Positions 1 to 11,689 of a stretch of 64,000 bases of DNA are shown one piece after another. The DNA is from Eledone cirrhosa (taxonomy: Eukaryota): contig OZ024744.1 in the NCBI GenBank assembly GCA_964016885.1, forward strand, positions 136,276,001 to 136,340,000. Direction: 5' to 3'. Each line of letters starts with the position of its first letter. Positions within the stretch are counted from its first letter, which is position 1. The translations under genes were made by a program, and so were the position numbers. The notes under the pieces were generated by a model that worked only from the letters and a program-made list of their open reading frames with translations, was not told the origin of the DNA and searched no databases.

Positions 1-966
1 GACAGCTTCCGTTACCTGGGTGACAAAATCAGCAGTGGGGGAGGGTGCTCTGAAAGTACAGTAGCTAGAGTCAGAACTGGGTGGAAAAAGTTCAGACAGC
101 TTATACCACTATTAGCCGCTAAAGGGTTCTCTCTAAAAGTGAAAGGCAGATTATATGATGCCTGCATACGAACAGCAATGTTGCATGGCAGTGAGACCTG
201 GGCATTGTGTGCAGAGGATATACGCAGACTAGAGAGAAACGAAGCTTGCATGCTCCGCTGGATGTGTAATAGTAATATACGTGAACGACAAAGCATAAAC
301 GAACTAAGGAAAAAATTAGAAATAAGAGGGATCAGATGTTGTTTACTCGAGAGAAGGCTACGTTGGTATGGTCACGTGATGCGCATGAAGGACGATAGCT
401 GTATAACAAAGTGCAGGGCAATAAAGATAGACGGTAGCCACTGAATAGGCAGACCCAGAAAAACCTGGGACGAGCTGATAAACTCCGACCTCACACACTT
501 ACACCTCACCAAGACAATGTCACTGGACCGAGACCTTTGGCGGTACTCAGTAATAGAGAAGACCCGCCTTACCTAAATACAAAGTAAAACCTACTACAGT
601 CAGTAGGCATCTCTAACAAAATACACCCCCGTCCCACCACCCCCACCCCATCCACACCGCCCCCCCTTCTATGTAAAGTTATGTTGGTGCCACACCATCC
701 AGGCCGAAACAAATGAGATCGTGTAGGTGTCACGACAAAAAAAAAACACAGTCCACGCTGTAATGTGGCCGTGTAGGCAACACGGTAAAAACCTCCCAGA
801 CCCACACTGTAAATGTGGTTGGTGTTAGGAAGGGCATCCAACTGTAGAAAACCTGCCAGACAGTCCTATGCGAGCAAGACAATCACTCTTGCCTCAGGTG
901 GGAAAACCCCCGTCCAAACCCATGCAAGCGTGGAACACGGACGTTAAACGATGATGATGATGATGA
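1..966 (+). mobile_element. RTE-clade LINE 3' fragment with 3' UTR and (GAT)n tail
   Basis: Translates as DSFRYLG...LKVKGRLYDACIRTAMLHGSETW...ERRLRWYGHVMRM, the post-RT region of RTE elements, with an in-frame stop at 442-444. Ends GGACGTTAAAC(GAT)n. Confidence 0.88.
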
Positions 967-1164
967 TATTGTATTTTCACAGTAAAGGCTTTACCTCACA
1001 TAATATTTACATTACTCTATATATACTATTGTATTTTCACAGTAAAGGCTTTACCTCACATAATATCTCACATAACATTTACATTACTCTATATATACTA
1101 TTGTATTGTCACAGTAAAGGTTTTACCTCACATAATATCTCATATAACATTTAGATTACTCTAT
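967..1164. repeat. ~60-bp AT-rich minisatellite, about 3 copies (TATTGTATTTTCACAGTAAAGGCTTTACCTCACATAA...TACATTACTCTATATATAC)
   Basis: Direct tandem copies are visible. It is the reverse complement of the arrays at 13492-13598 and 19146-19280. Confidence 0.9.
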
Positions 1165-1199
1165 CGACCCCATTTAATTTAATTTTATTTTATTTTCAG

Positions 1200-1263
1200 C
1201 TTGATGAAGATGTTCGCGTGTTATTACAACGGTTTGATGCAGAAACTGCTGATGATTCTGATG
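1200..1263 (+). CDS. Bre1: Internal coding exon A of a Bre1/RNF20-RNF40-like E3 ubiquitin ligase (LDEDVRVLLQRFDAETADDSD)
   Basis: Polypyrimidine tract plus ttttcAG acceptor (AG 1198-1199) and GTaaat donor at 1264. The peptide resembles, from memory, the metazoan Bre1 N-terminal segment LDEDIRVLLQRFDAETADE. Its phase-1 end joins 13158 in frame (G+GT=Gly). Confidence 0.85.
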
Positions 1264-1309
1264 GTAAATTATCTGTTTAAACCCTCAACATCTCTATAAA
1301 ACTGTTTAA

Positions 1310-2532
1310 CCCTTTAGTGTTCAAACTGCCCAAAACCAGCCGAAAGCACCCACACTAAAATATTGTTCTAAAAATAAACAAACTATCATCAAACTCTCGT
1401 CAATTTGAGATTACTGCGAGATTAGGCCCTTACCACGAAAATTAACACTTAATATAGTGAAACAACTTAAAACAAAGTGTTTTTTTAACGTTGAAAGTAG
1501 AACAGATTTTTTTGTGTATCAACATGGCTTGTGAAAGTAGCGATACTGACTTTGAAGGTTTTACACACGACAACATTCAGAATAAACAAGAAACAAAAGA
1601 TAATATTAGTGATTTATCTTCAAATGTTTACATTACTGAAATTTCATCCGACGATGATCGTTTTGAAAGTGAAAATGGAGGAGATCTCCAGGGCGCCATT
1701 GAAAATATTACAACAACGTGGTTGAAAAATAGCACACTAATATATGGTCCTGATTTTATTCAAAATACTGTTCCACAACACATTAGGTCCCGATGCTAAA
1801 GCACTGGATTATTTCTTTTTGTTTTTACCACAAACTTTCTTCGAAGTTGTGGCAGAAAAGATTAATCGATATACCCAACAACAGATTTCAAATCAAGGAA
1901 AACCTGATCTGTTTGGCGACCAACAGATGCTGCGGAAATGCAAGCATTTTTTACCGTAAATATTATGTTCGGTATAAAACAATTTCCAAGACTGTGGAAT
2001 TACTGGAACACTGATATAAGGTTTAGTGATTCTTATATATCAAGTATTATGCCGAAAACAACGTATTTAAAATTAAACCAGTATTTGCACCTGGTTGATA
2101 CTTCAAATGCCCCCATTAATTAATTTCACCTGCCCATAAAAGTCAAATTTAACAAAAAAAATCAGGTAAAATTATATAATTGTAAATTATTGATATTTAA
2201 ACATCTACTGACAAAATTTCAAGCCTGCACATAGAAAATTAACAAAATTACAAACAAATAAAATTGATAACCCTCTTGAGTATGATTAACTGAAAATAAT
2301 TGTTTCTACTTTTGGCACAAGGCCAGTGATATCCAGTGTATTACTGGTACTTTATTTTATCCATCCCGTAAGGATGAAAGGCAAAGTTAACCTTGGCGGG
2401 ATTTGAACTCAGAATGGCAAGGGGCGTAACTCTATGTCAAAGCATAGCGTCTGACCCACTACCGATACTGCCAATGAAAATAATGTGAACAGATAAGCAT
2501 GACGTTTGAAAATTAATGCGAATGCTAAAGGG
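1310..2532 (+). mobile_element. Defective piggyBac-superfamily DNA transposon
   Basis: TTAA at 1306-1309 and 2533-2536 flanks terminal inverted repeats CCCTTTAG...CTAAAGGG. Internal frameshifted ORFs give an acidic N-terminus (SSDTDFEGF), LDYFFLFLPQTFFEVVAEKINRY and EMQAFFTVNIMFGIKQFPRLWNYW...YLHLVD, typical of the piggyBac/PGBD transposase N-half. Confidence 0.85.
2296..2475 (-). mobile_element. tRNA-derived SINE (family 1) nested in the piggyBac relic
   Basis: Reverse complement of the SINE at 7594-7773. B-box-like GAGTTCAAATCCC and tail ...GGCCTTGTGCCAAAAGTAGAAACAATTATT. Confidence 0.8.
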
Positions 2533-2991
2533 TTAAACTCTCAACATCTAAACTATAATAAAGTAAGGTATGGTTTATAATTTTTTATCCCATTAGTAAA
2601 ATAAGTTGGATTACTTTGAATAAATAATTGTTTCTACTTTAGGCACAAGGCCAGCAAATTACCCAGTGCATTACTAATAAATAATGAATGAATATTACAT
2701 AATTTATCTACTAAATTTCGTGGCTGTTGATAAAATATATTTTGTTTATTTAAAGATTCACTTCTTTAAAATTTCTGAAATGTCAACACTTCCGGCTGGA
2801 CTGGTGTAATTCCTTAAAAGGGTTATTATAGTATGATCATTTCAGTGACCGGGTTCAGTATGAATCCGGTGACATCATCAGGTATTCGAAGTATAACAAA
2901 GGAATATAATAGACAAAATCCATGGGGCTGAAAATCAGAGACATGAGGGCGGCCGAGCATTTAGCAGCTTCTACCCCGGTCGGCCGCCCTC

Positions 2992-3270
2992 TCTCCACTT
3001 GTCACGGTCCTTCGTCATCTCCTCGGTGAGTTTCAGCAATCTGAGGTCTGCTCTCACCACCTCCGCCCATGTTTTTCGCGGTCTTCCTCTACTGGGTCTT
3101 CCTTCTACTGGGATTTCTTGGCACTTCTTTACCCAGCGGTCATCCTCCATGTACATCACATGTCCATACCATCTCAGTCTTCTCTCCCCTACACTACAAC
3201 TTATCCATCTTATCCACAGTTTCTCTCTCACCACCTCCGCCCATGTTTTTTGTGGTCTTCCTCTACTATG
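2992..3270 (-). mobile_element. RTE-clade LINE fragment with internal duplication
   Basis: Translates RGRPQKTWAEVVREKLWIRWISCSVGERRLRWYGHVMYMEDDRWVKKCQEIPVEGRPSRGRPRKTWAEVVRADL. Same subfamily as 19647-20350. Confidence 0.85.
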
Positions 3271-3717
3271 CACCAAACTCTATAACCTGACAAGTGATTG
3301 CAATACTCTTAAGAGTTTGCAGCAATCATATATTATATATAAATTAATTATTTTATTTATTATATATTATTAACAATTTATGTATAGGCAGGTCTCTCTA
3401 GAAATATGGTTGGGCGATCACTTAGGGAGTTATGAGGCCGTGAGGGAAACCGTGGCCGAAAAAGTTTGAGAACCCGAGTTAATTTTAACAGCTAAGAACC
3501 AAAACTAAACTCGATTATCTCCCTTTGACCGTTATCTTCACCACTCAGGATTACTTTTAATGTCATACAAACTTTCATCTTTCGTCTAGATTTTTTTTTC
3601 GCCATAACCTTCGTAATAATAATAAATACTTTTTATGTTCAGTATAAAATATATGAGGCTCTCTCGTTGCTATTTATACACCAGTATAGATACTTATACA
3701 TATATATATATACATGT

Positions 3718-4053
3718 GGAGGCACATGGCTTAGTGGTTAGAGCATTGGCCTTGCAATCGAAAGGTTGTGAGTTCAATTCTCAGACCGGGTGATGTGTTG
3801 TTTCCTTGAGCAAGGCACTTTATTTCACATTGCTCCAGTTTACTCAGCTGTAGAAATGAGATGATAGGGACTGGGGTCCCTATCATTCCACTGCAAAGTG
3901 GTCGTGGAGGTGTCACGGAGAAAAAGCACCCAGCACTCATTGTAAATGAGGTTGGTGTTAGGAAGGGCATCCAGCTGTAGAAATCAAGCCAGAATCAGTT
4001 CCCGTCCCACCCTTGCAAGCAGGGAAAAAGCGGACGTAAAATGATGATGATGA
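3718..4053 (+). mobile_element. tRNA-derived CORE-like SINE (family 2) with an RTE-type 3' tail
   Basis: A-box TGGCTTAGTGG, B-box GAGTTCAATTC, and CORE-like TCCTTGAGCAAGGCACTT. The tail GTTGGTGTTAGGAAGGGCATCCAGCTGTAGAAA...GGACGTAAAA(TGA)n is shared with the RTE 3' end at 808-966. Confidence 0.8.
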
Positions 4054-4079
4054 TATATACATGTCTGTGTATGTATATA

Positions 4080-4902
4080 CACGAGGTGGGTCAGAAAAGT
4101 TCCAGGTCTGATGTCACAAAAGATTTATTTCAAACCCAAACTTCACACTAAGAGCTTTCTCCTTCAAAGTAATCCCCCTGGAGTCTAATGCACTTTTCCA
4201 TCCTTTTCTGCCACGCTTGCATGCACTCCTGGAAGGATTCTTCAGGGACCCTCCGCAGTTCCGTTGTCATGGCCTTTTTGATGTCATCCATGTCTTCAAA
4301 ACGGGTCTCCTCTGGGTCATACTCGAAGATCCATGACTCATCACCGGTGATGACTGTCTCTAGCAAGTCTGGTTCGGTTTCAAGACACTCGAGGATGTCC
4401 TGGCACCATCTTCACGCAGACTTTCCGCATGTCCAAATCTTCAGTGAGAATCTTCCAGATGCTGTCCCGATTCATGCCCAGCTCATTTGCCATCAGTCGA
4501 ACAGTCAGCCGACGATCGCTACGCACCATCTGCCTGATGCGCTCAACGTTGACCTCAGTTCTGGTTGTTGAGGGCCTTCCGCTCCTGGGGTCATCTTGCA
4601 CCACTCAAAAACACGTGAGCGTGACACTGTCTCATCTCCATACACTTGCTGCAGCTATCCCAGTGCTTCTGACGGAGTTTTCCCCAACCGTTCGTTGCTC
4701 TGTGCTCATTGCTTGACGACCTGAAACAGACGACATGTATATAAAATTATGAAGAAAAAAGTTTGATCGCTGCAGAGAGCTAAGATTACAGTTACATCCT
4801 CCAGGGGGATTACTTTGAAGGAGAAAACTCTTAGTGTGAAGTTTGGGTTTGAAATAAATCTTTTGTGACATCCGTCCTGGAACTTTTCTGACACACCTCG
4901 TA
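4080..4902 (-). mobile_element. Internally deleted mariner (Tc1/mariner) element with ~105-bp inverted termini
   Basis: TA-flanked ends ACGAGGTG...CACCTCGT. Fragments DDPRSGRPST...DRRLTVR, VITGDESWIFEYDPE and C-terminal QGDYFEG are canonical mariner transposase motifs. Confidence 0.92.
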
Positions 4903-5169
4903 TATATAACGAAGGAAGTGTGGTAATAAACCAGATGAACCATAATGCACCAGAGTACTCAATACTTAGCCGTCGAAACGGCTTGATCTCTGCCGTCGGA
5001 GTTAAACATTTTCCTATATCTGTTAGAACACGAAAAGTGTGAAACAACAGAATGTTCACTTTTCGTGTTCTAACATATATGCCTAACATCTTCATAAATT
5101 TTTCGGGGATAGCCGTGGTGGTGGTGATCGTATGTCATTGGCTAATTTTCAACCAATCAGAGTAAGTGT

Positions 5170-5170
<1 letters not shown>

Positions 5171-5231
<61 letters not shown>

Positions 5232-5842
5232 TATTCCCCCTCTCTCTATATATATCTTACGCTTTCGCTTTACACTCCTCCCCTTCAATAACACATTTCC
5301 CCCTCTCTATATATCTCTTCCACTGTTACTTACGCCTGTTTCTCTCTATCTGTTCCGTCTCTATATATATCGCTCTTACTCTTTCGCTTTGCACTCCTCC
5401 CCTTCAATACCATCTCTCCCCCTCTCTATATATTTGTTACTCTATCGCTGCACGCTCCTCTCCTTCAATATATCAATTACACACGCTTTACACTCCTTTA
5501 TCCCCAGCGCCCCTATATATACACCCCCCTCCCGCATCTATATTTTAATGTTCCGTTGCACCGTGAATATATGTGTCTATATATATATATACATATATAT
5601 TGTATATACACATTCATGTATGTGTATACACACTCATGTATGTATATACACTGGTTTTATGTGTGTATTGTAAATTTGTACTGTTAAAACACGAAACTAA
5701 CATTCGATTGACACTTTGATTACCTGTACAGGCAATAGTTATTAGAATGCTGTTGAAGTGTGTATATATTTTTGGGGGACATCCTGTATATACACACATT
5801 ATATATAATACAATAAACAGATAAATACACACATATATATAT
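5171..5842. repeat. (AT)n microsatellite followed by CT/AT/GT low-complexity sequence
   Basis: About 30 AT units at 5172-5230, then degenerate dinucleotide tracts. Confidence 0.85.
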
Positions 5843-6553
5843 GAGCTTATTTAATTATAAATATTGTGAATTTTTAACTCAGTTCAATTATATATATAAA
5901 TGGCTTCTACAGGACTAGAACTGTTTCATTCGAAAGAAATCATCATAATATTGAGAGGGGGGACTAGATAAAATATTTCAAATCAAATGTGTATAAGTTA
6001 TAAGTTAAAATGTATAAATAGAGACGATAGTGGAGGTATATCTGTTTAGTGGAACAGTAGACGATAGAATTAAATACAGACGAGAATCTCCCTTTAATGA
6101 AACAGCAGACGATAGAATTAAGGCAATTTAAATTTTAAGCATTTGCATTTCATCGTTACGGGGTCGATAAAATAAAGTACCAGTAATACACTGTCACTAG
6201 ACGACTTTCAAATTGAATTGTTGGTTCCATTTCTTTAGTATTTTCAATTGTAGTTATCTACTTAAAAAGCGTTACACGGTTAGAGACATAATTGGTAAGT
6301 TATATCTTCCCTATTAAACCATTGCATTATTTCGCCTACAATAGAACAAAAATGAAATGTTCTTTAAAGAAACAGGAATATAACTTTATAAAAAAAAAAG
6401 TTGCATCCGCTTCTTTTATCATTGATAATTTTTTCGTTTTAATATTAATTGTTTTTTGTAGTTGTTTATATTAAAAATCTTACTGTAATATTTACTTAAA
6501 CGAAGGCAGACATCTAAACTTATAGATTAATCTTGAGCGAAGGACTAGATAAA

Positions 6554-6600
<47 letters not shown>

Positions 6601-6601
<1 letters not shown>

Positions 6602-6814
6602 AACGAAGAATGATAACATTTCAAGCAAAGAGTTTAATTAGGTAATGACTTACAAATTTGTTTCAGTATATATTTAATATAATATTAATATATTTTGTAA
6701 TATTATTAACTAATTATTATAATTAGCGCTTCAGGCTTTGTCTATATACTGAAACAAATTTGTAAGTCATTACCTAATTAAACTCTTTGCTTGAAATTTT
6801 ATCACTCTTCGTTT
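6601..6814. repeat. Inverted repeat / MITE-like foldback, ~72-bp arms with ~70-bp spacer
   Basis: 6601-6672 is the near-perfect reverse complement of 6743-6814. Confidence 0.85.
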
Positions 6815-6902
6815 TGAATTTCTCCTAAGTATTCAATACTCTGTTGAGAAATACATTTTACATAAACAGTCTTTGTACCATTTATACGGTATTAATTACT
6901 TA

Positions 6903-6934
<32 letters not shown>

Positions 6935-7593
6935 GCGTATGATTAGAACTGTGTTTATTATTAATATTTTAATGGATTTAATGAAAAATTTTAGGTGTTC
7001 ATATATATATTCTAAAACTGCGCGAAATCGTGAATCCGCGATAGTTGAACCGCCAAGTAGCGAGGTATCACTGTGTATATGTTTAAATATATAGTGTAGC
7101 TGTGATGTATCTCGCGAGTGAATCGAGACCTGTCACTGATTTTGGTGTCCCCACTGCCGATGTGAATGAGCAACGCTGCACTTGTGAATTGGGTCTTGAT
7201 GTTGCAGGCAGTTCATATACTTACAATGATGCGGTCCCACAAGCTTGTTCACATTCCTGTGCTAATAATCTAGATGGGCGTATTAAATTGGATGTGAAAG
7301 CAGCTTACCGGATGCGGAATCGGGAGAAGTTGAGACAAAAACAGGCCGATTATAGAGCTGTGAATTTTGATAAATTAACACAAAAACAGGCCAAGTATAG
7401 ATGTTCAAAACGGTATGAGTTGGCAAACAAGCAGGCCAAGTATAGATCTGCAAATTCAGCTATTATATCTCAAAAGCAAGCCGAGCGTAGAGCTTCTAAA
7501 CGTACCGAGTTAGCTAAAGAGCAGACCGAGTACAGATCTGCAAATATCTTATTGCACAAACAATAATTCTGCACAAATGTTGCTCCATTATTT

Positions 7594-7773
7594 TGGCAGT
7601 ATTGGTAGAGGGTCGGATGCCATGCTTTCCAGCATAGTTACGTCCCTTTACGATCTGAGTTCAAATCCTGCCGAGGTTGACTTTGCCTTTCATCCTTACG
7701 GGCTAGATAAAATAAAGTACCAGTAATGCACTGGGTAATTGCTGGCCTTGTGCCTAAAGTAGAAACAATTATT
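7594..7773 (+). mobile_element. tRNA-derived SINE (family 1)
   Basis: GGCAGTATTGGTAGAG...GAGTTCAAATCCTGCCGAGGTTGACTTTGCCTTTCATCC...GATAAAATAAAGTACCAG...AGTAGAAACAATTATT; several copies occur in the window. Confidence 0.85.
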
Positions 7774-7949
7774 AGATCTAATGTTGCAACGATACAGTTA
7801 AATGTTGTCTGTGTATTTTAAAAAAGATTTGCTTATAATCTTTTCAAATTTCATTACGCCAATGATTCAAGCTCAAATTGACATTATCTAAAAAATTGTA
7901 CAAACAGCGGTGGATTAGCAGTAGTGAACAGATAAATCAGTCAATTTAT

Positions 7950-8612
7950 TAAGATTGACTTGGCATCAATCAGCAAGACCTTCATTAGCTGCTCTCCAGC
8001 CATCTATTTAAAGCTGTATACATCTATGGTACGAATACACTTGGAGTTCGCGTCATCAGTCTGGAACCCCTATCTTGCTCAGAACATTGACCTCCTGGAA
8101 ACTGTTCAGAGACATGCAACCAAGCGCATACCCTCCATCAGACACCTACCATACCCTGAATATTTTGCTTCCCTCTGGCAATGGACTTGGTAAACACCCA
8201 CAAAGTTATTAACCATCCGACCAACAACAACCCCGAACACCTTTTTGATCTCCATGTGTCTAACACGTGGACATGCCTACAAAGTCAGAAAACAACACAG
8301 CTCCCATGACTTTAGGAAATATTTCTTCATGCTCAGAGTTGCTGAAGGATGGAACAAACTTCCTGCATCAGTTGTTAGCTGATGACACACTGCATCCTTT
8401 AAAACCATCATACATTCCGAAATACACCAAAACTACACCTGATGTCCCCCTTCCATACACATGCACATATGTGTATATCATGACTCATGCACTGTTCTTT
8501 TTTCATGACGTTTTTATATTACCCTATGTATTATATATGCACTTTTGATGAGTTGTAGTGCACCTCAGCATTGTACACAATATTTTCATTATTATTATCA
8601 TTATTATTATTA
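7950..8612 (+). mobile_element. CR1/L2-group LINE 3' fragment with (ATT)n tail
   Basis: LKLYTSMVRIHLEFASSVWNPY...IDLLETVQRHATKRIP, then a TRGHxYK-like motif and FFxLRVxxxWNKLP-like motif; ends in ATT repeats. Confidence 0.8.
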
Positions 8613-9079
8613 CACTCATTGATCCATTTTGCACTAACTCTGCATCAAGCACCCTCACCTAAATATTAACCAATCAAGGATCCAATACAGCTATCTGTTG
8701 GATGAGTATTGTATAGTGCCAAAAACGAAACCAATCAGTTTAGCAGAAAATTTCCAGACAAGAAACACGCATATTTTGCTATCCTCAAACACGTTTACAC
8801 ATGGCATGAAATATAACTAATCCGAGATGGCTAGGTTTCATCTTCTAACTGGATATACGAAATCCATTATGTCTTGACAACAACATGAGGTAACATTATG
8901 TTATTCACAGACACAGTTTGTACACTGTTCCATATCAGAATGTATTTCCTTCGTCACATTCACAAACAGTATTGAAAATATGTTCTTCGGCAAATAAAAA
9001 TGTTTTGTTCATAATATTTCAACTAGCGATTGCTCTACTCCACGCACGACCACCATAAATTAATGACCAGCTCAACACA

Positions 9080-9252
9080 AGTATTGGTAGAGCGTCAGAC
9101 ACCATGCTTTGCAGTATTGTTATGGTCCTTTGCATTCTAAGTTCAAATCCTGCCGAGGTTAACTTCGACTTTCATACTTACTAATTCGATAAAATAAAGT
9201 ACCAGTAATGGACTGCCGTAATGGATTTGTACCGAAAAATAGAAACACTATT
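9080..9252 (+). mobile_element. tRNA-derived SINE (family 1), diverged copy
   Basis: Collinear similarity to 7594-7773. Confidence 0.8.
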
Positions 9253-9803
9253 AATGTGCAATAAGAGCAAAATATAACGACATTGCTCAATTATTTTATC
9301 TAATGTTGTAATAACACAAGGAAATGTTGTTTGTGTATTTTTTTTTATATTTGCTCATAGGCTTTTACAATTTCGCTCAGCCAACAACTATTAAAAAGTG
9401 AGTTGCTTAAGATAACAATTTAATCACAAATTGTTGCTATCTTTTAATACACTCCAACAAGTCATCAAATTATGTACAATAAAAACAAATCTTATTAATT
9501 TGCTCAGGGAATATAAAGAAAATGTATATACACTGATAATTGCAATTGTATGTAAATATTTTGTTTTTGTATTGTTTATTTTATGTTTTCTATTATGTAT
9601 AATATATTGATTTAATATTGATTGTTTTTTGTAGTTGTTTATATTAAAAGTCTGAAAATATTTTTATACATCTTACACTAATATTTATAAGATAATTTAT
9701 AATAACAATTACATAATCTAATTACATTACAACGATAATTTATTATTAATATATATCCTCTTTAACTAGAGTTATTACAAGCGTTGCCTTAAAAAAATAT
9801 TAA

Positions 9804-10796
9804 ACTAGACATGAAAAATGCGCAAGCTTAAAAGTGCCACAGAATGTTATAATAAACCTTCAAAAGTGTGGGACTAGAGTTGTTGCTAAAAAATATTGTA
9901 ATCATTATATATCGTACATTCTGTGGCATCCTTTATAAAAATAGCTTAAACCAACGAAGCCTTTATTTTTACGCTATTTCACTTAGTTAATTCTTAGAGT
10001 GTAACATATAAAACTAAATACATCTATGTTTAATGTAATAACAGCTATAAATAATTACGTAATATTATTATCATATACTCATAGTAACAAAATAATTGTG
10101 TTGAAAATTAATATGATGCTTATATGAACGATCAAATCTATAATGATAATTTCTTAAAAACAAATAACTTTAACTTAATTGATAATTTCTTAAATATACT
10201 AATAGTAAAATAATTTAGTTATCTATTGTTACATTTTCATAGAACTATAATATTAACAATCGTATTGCATTATCAAATTTTTATCACTACAAACTTTCAT
10301 ATTGGAATTACCTTAAGCCACTTATTATTACTTCGCTTTCGTACTTTTACAGCTGTAGATATTGCGCTGTATCTTATATCTAATATCAATATCTCATGGT
10401 AATTTGCATGCAGTGTAAAATAGGTTTATTAATAACTTTAATATGAAATGTATTATACAGGGCTGCGGAGTCGGCCAAAAATTGACTGGCTCCAACTCAG
10501 GATCCGATATTCCATTATTTCCTAAATTTCAGCTCCGCAGCTCTGTTATTATATTAATTAATTTATTTTATAGTTGTAAATCATATTTTTATATGTTACA
10601 CTCTAAGAATTAACTAAGTGAAATAGCGTAAAAATAAAGGCTTCGTTGGTTTAAGCTATTTTTATAAAGGATGCCACAGAATGTACGATATATAATGATT
10701 ACAATATTTTTTAGCAACAACTCTAGTCCCACACTTTTGAAGGTTTATTATAACATTCTGTGGCACTTTTGAGCTTGCGCATTTTTCATGTCTAGT
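9804..10796. repeat. Long near-perfect inverted repeat (~210-bp arms at 9804-10013 and 10587-10796, ~570-bp spacer)
   Basis: The arms are reverse complements; I found one mismatch by eye. Confidence 0.9.
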
Positions 10797-11179
10797 ATAT
10801 ATATATATACATATCTCTGTGTATTTTAATTATTTTTAAGTGAACATGATTTTAAAAAAATATTTTGAAGCGAACGTGTCCCAATGGGTCACGGATGGTC
10901 TAGTTTCTATAAAACTGTTTAAACTCCTGACATCATCATCATCACCTTCGTTTAACGTCCATCTTACACGCTAGCATGGGTTAGACTGTAAAACTGGTTG
11001 CAATGAGCCAAAGACTGCATGGTTGCTCAGCCTGCTAGAAATAGCTGTCAAATCTCTTTCATATCACACCGTACCTTTTTAAAAAAAAGGGATGATTCAT
11101 TGAAAAGTGTAGCTCTACATAAACTACATCTGAATGTGTTTGGTTAGCTCACACTAGATGAGGGCTACCTTGAGATTAA

Positions 11180-11618
11180 CCCTTTCGCATTCGCATTAAT
11201 TTTCAAACGTCATGCTTATCTGTTCGCATTATTTTCTAAAGTACCAGTAATGTACTGGGTATTTGCTGGCCTTGTACCAAAAGTAGAAACAATTATTTTG
11301 AGTTAATCATAATCAAGAGGGTTATCAAATTTATTTGTTTTTAATTTTCTTAATTTTCTATGTGCAGGCTTGAAATTTTGTCTAGATGTTTAAATATCAA
11401 TAATTTACAATTATATAATTTTACCTGATTTTTTTTGTTAAATTTGACTTTTATGAGCAGATGAAATTTTAAAAAGTTAAAAAAAGTTAAAAAAACACGT
11501 TTTAAGTTGTTTCACTATATTAAGTGTTAATTTTCATGGTAAGGGCCTAATCTCGCAGTAATCTCGAATTGACGAGATTTTGATGATGGTTTATTTATTT
11601 TTAGAACAATATTTTAGT
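11180..11618 (-). mobile_element. Non-autonomous deletion derivative of the piggyBac at 1310-2532, opposite orientation
   Basis: TTAA|CCCTTTCGCATTCGCATT terminus. 11180-11470 is the reverse complement of ~2120-2532 (with part of the nested SINE missing) and 11486-11618 that of ~1355-1490. The transposase region is absent. Confidence 0.85.
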
Positions 11619-11689
11619 CTAACCCATGCTAGCGTGGAAAATGGACGTTAAACGAAGATGATGATGATGATGATATATATATATAAAGT

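Noticed and set aside
2945-2991. GC-rich 12-bp stem GAGGGCGGCCGA...TCGGCCGCCCTC
   Set aside because: The hairpin is real but isolated. I cannot assign it to a ribozyme, terminator or known element, and it is likely part of an unrecognised repeat.
3718-3795. Possible tRNA genes (also the heads at 7594, 9080, 12110)
   Set aside because: A/B boxes are present, but they run into SINE bodies and tails and do not form a clean cloverleaf.
5132-5832. ORFs with IYIYIY runs
   Set aside because: These are translations of AT/CT microsatellites.
9763-10903. Helitron termini (ACTAG at ~9765, CTAGT at ~10899)
   Set aside because: CTAG motifs are present, but there is no convincing subterminal hairpin or Rep/helicase sequence.
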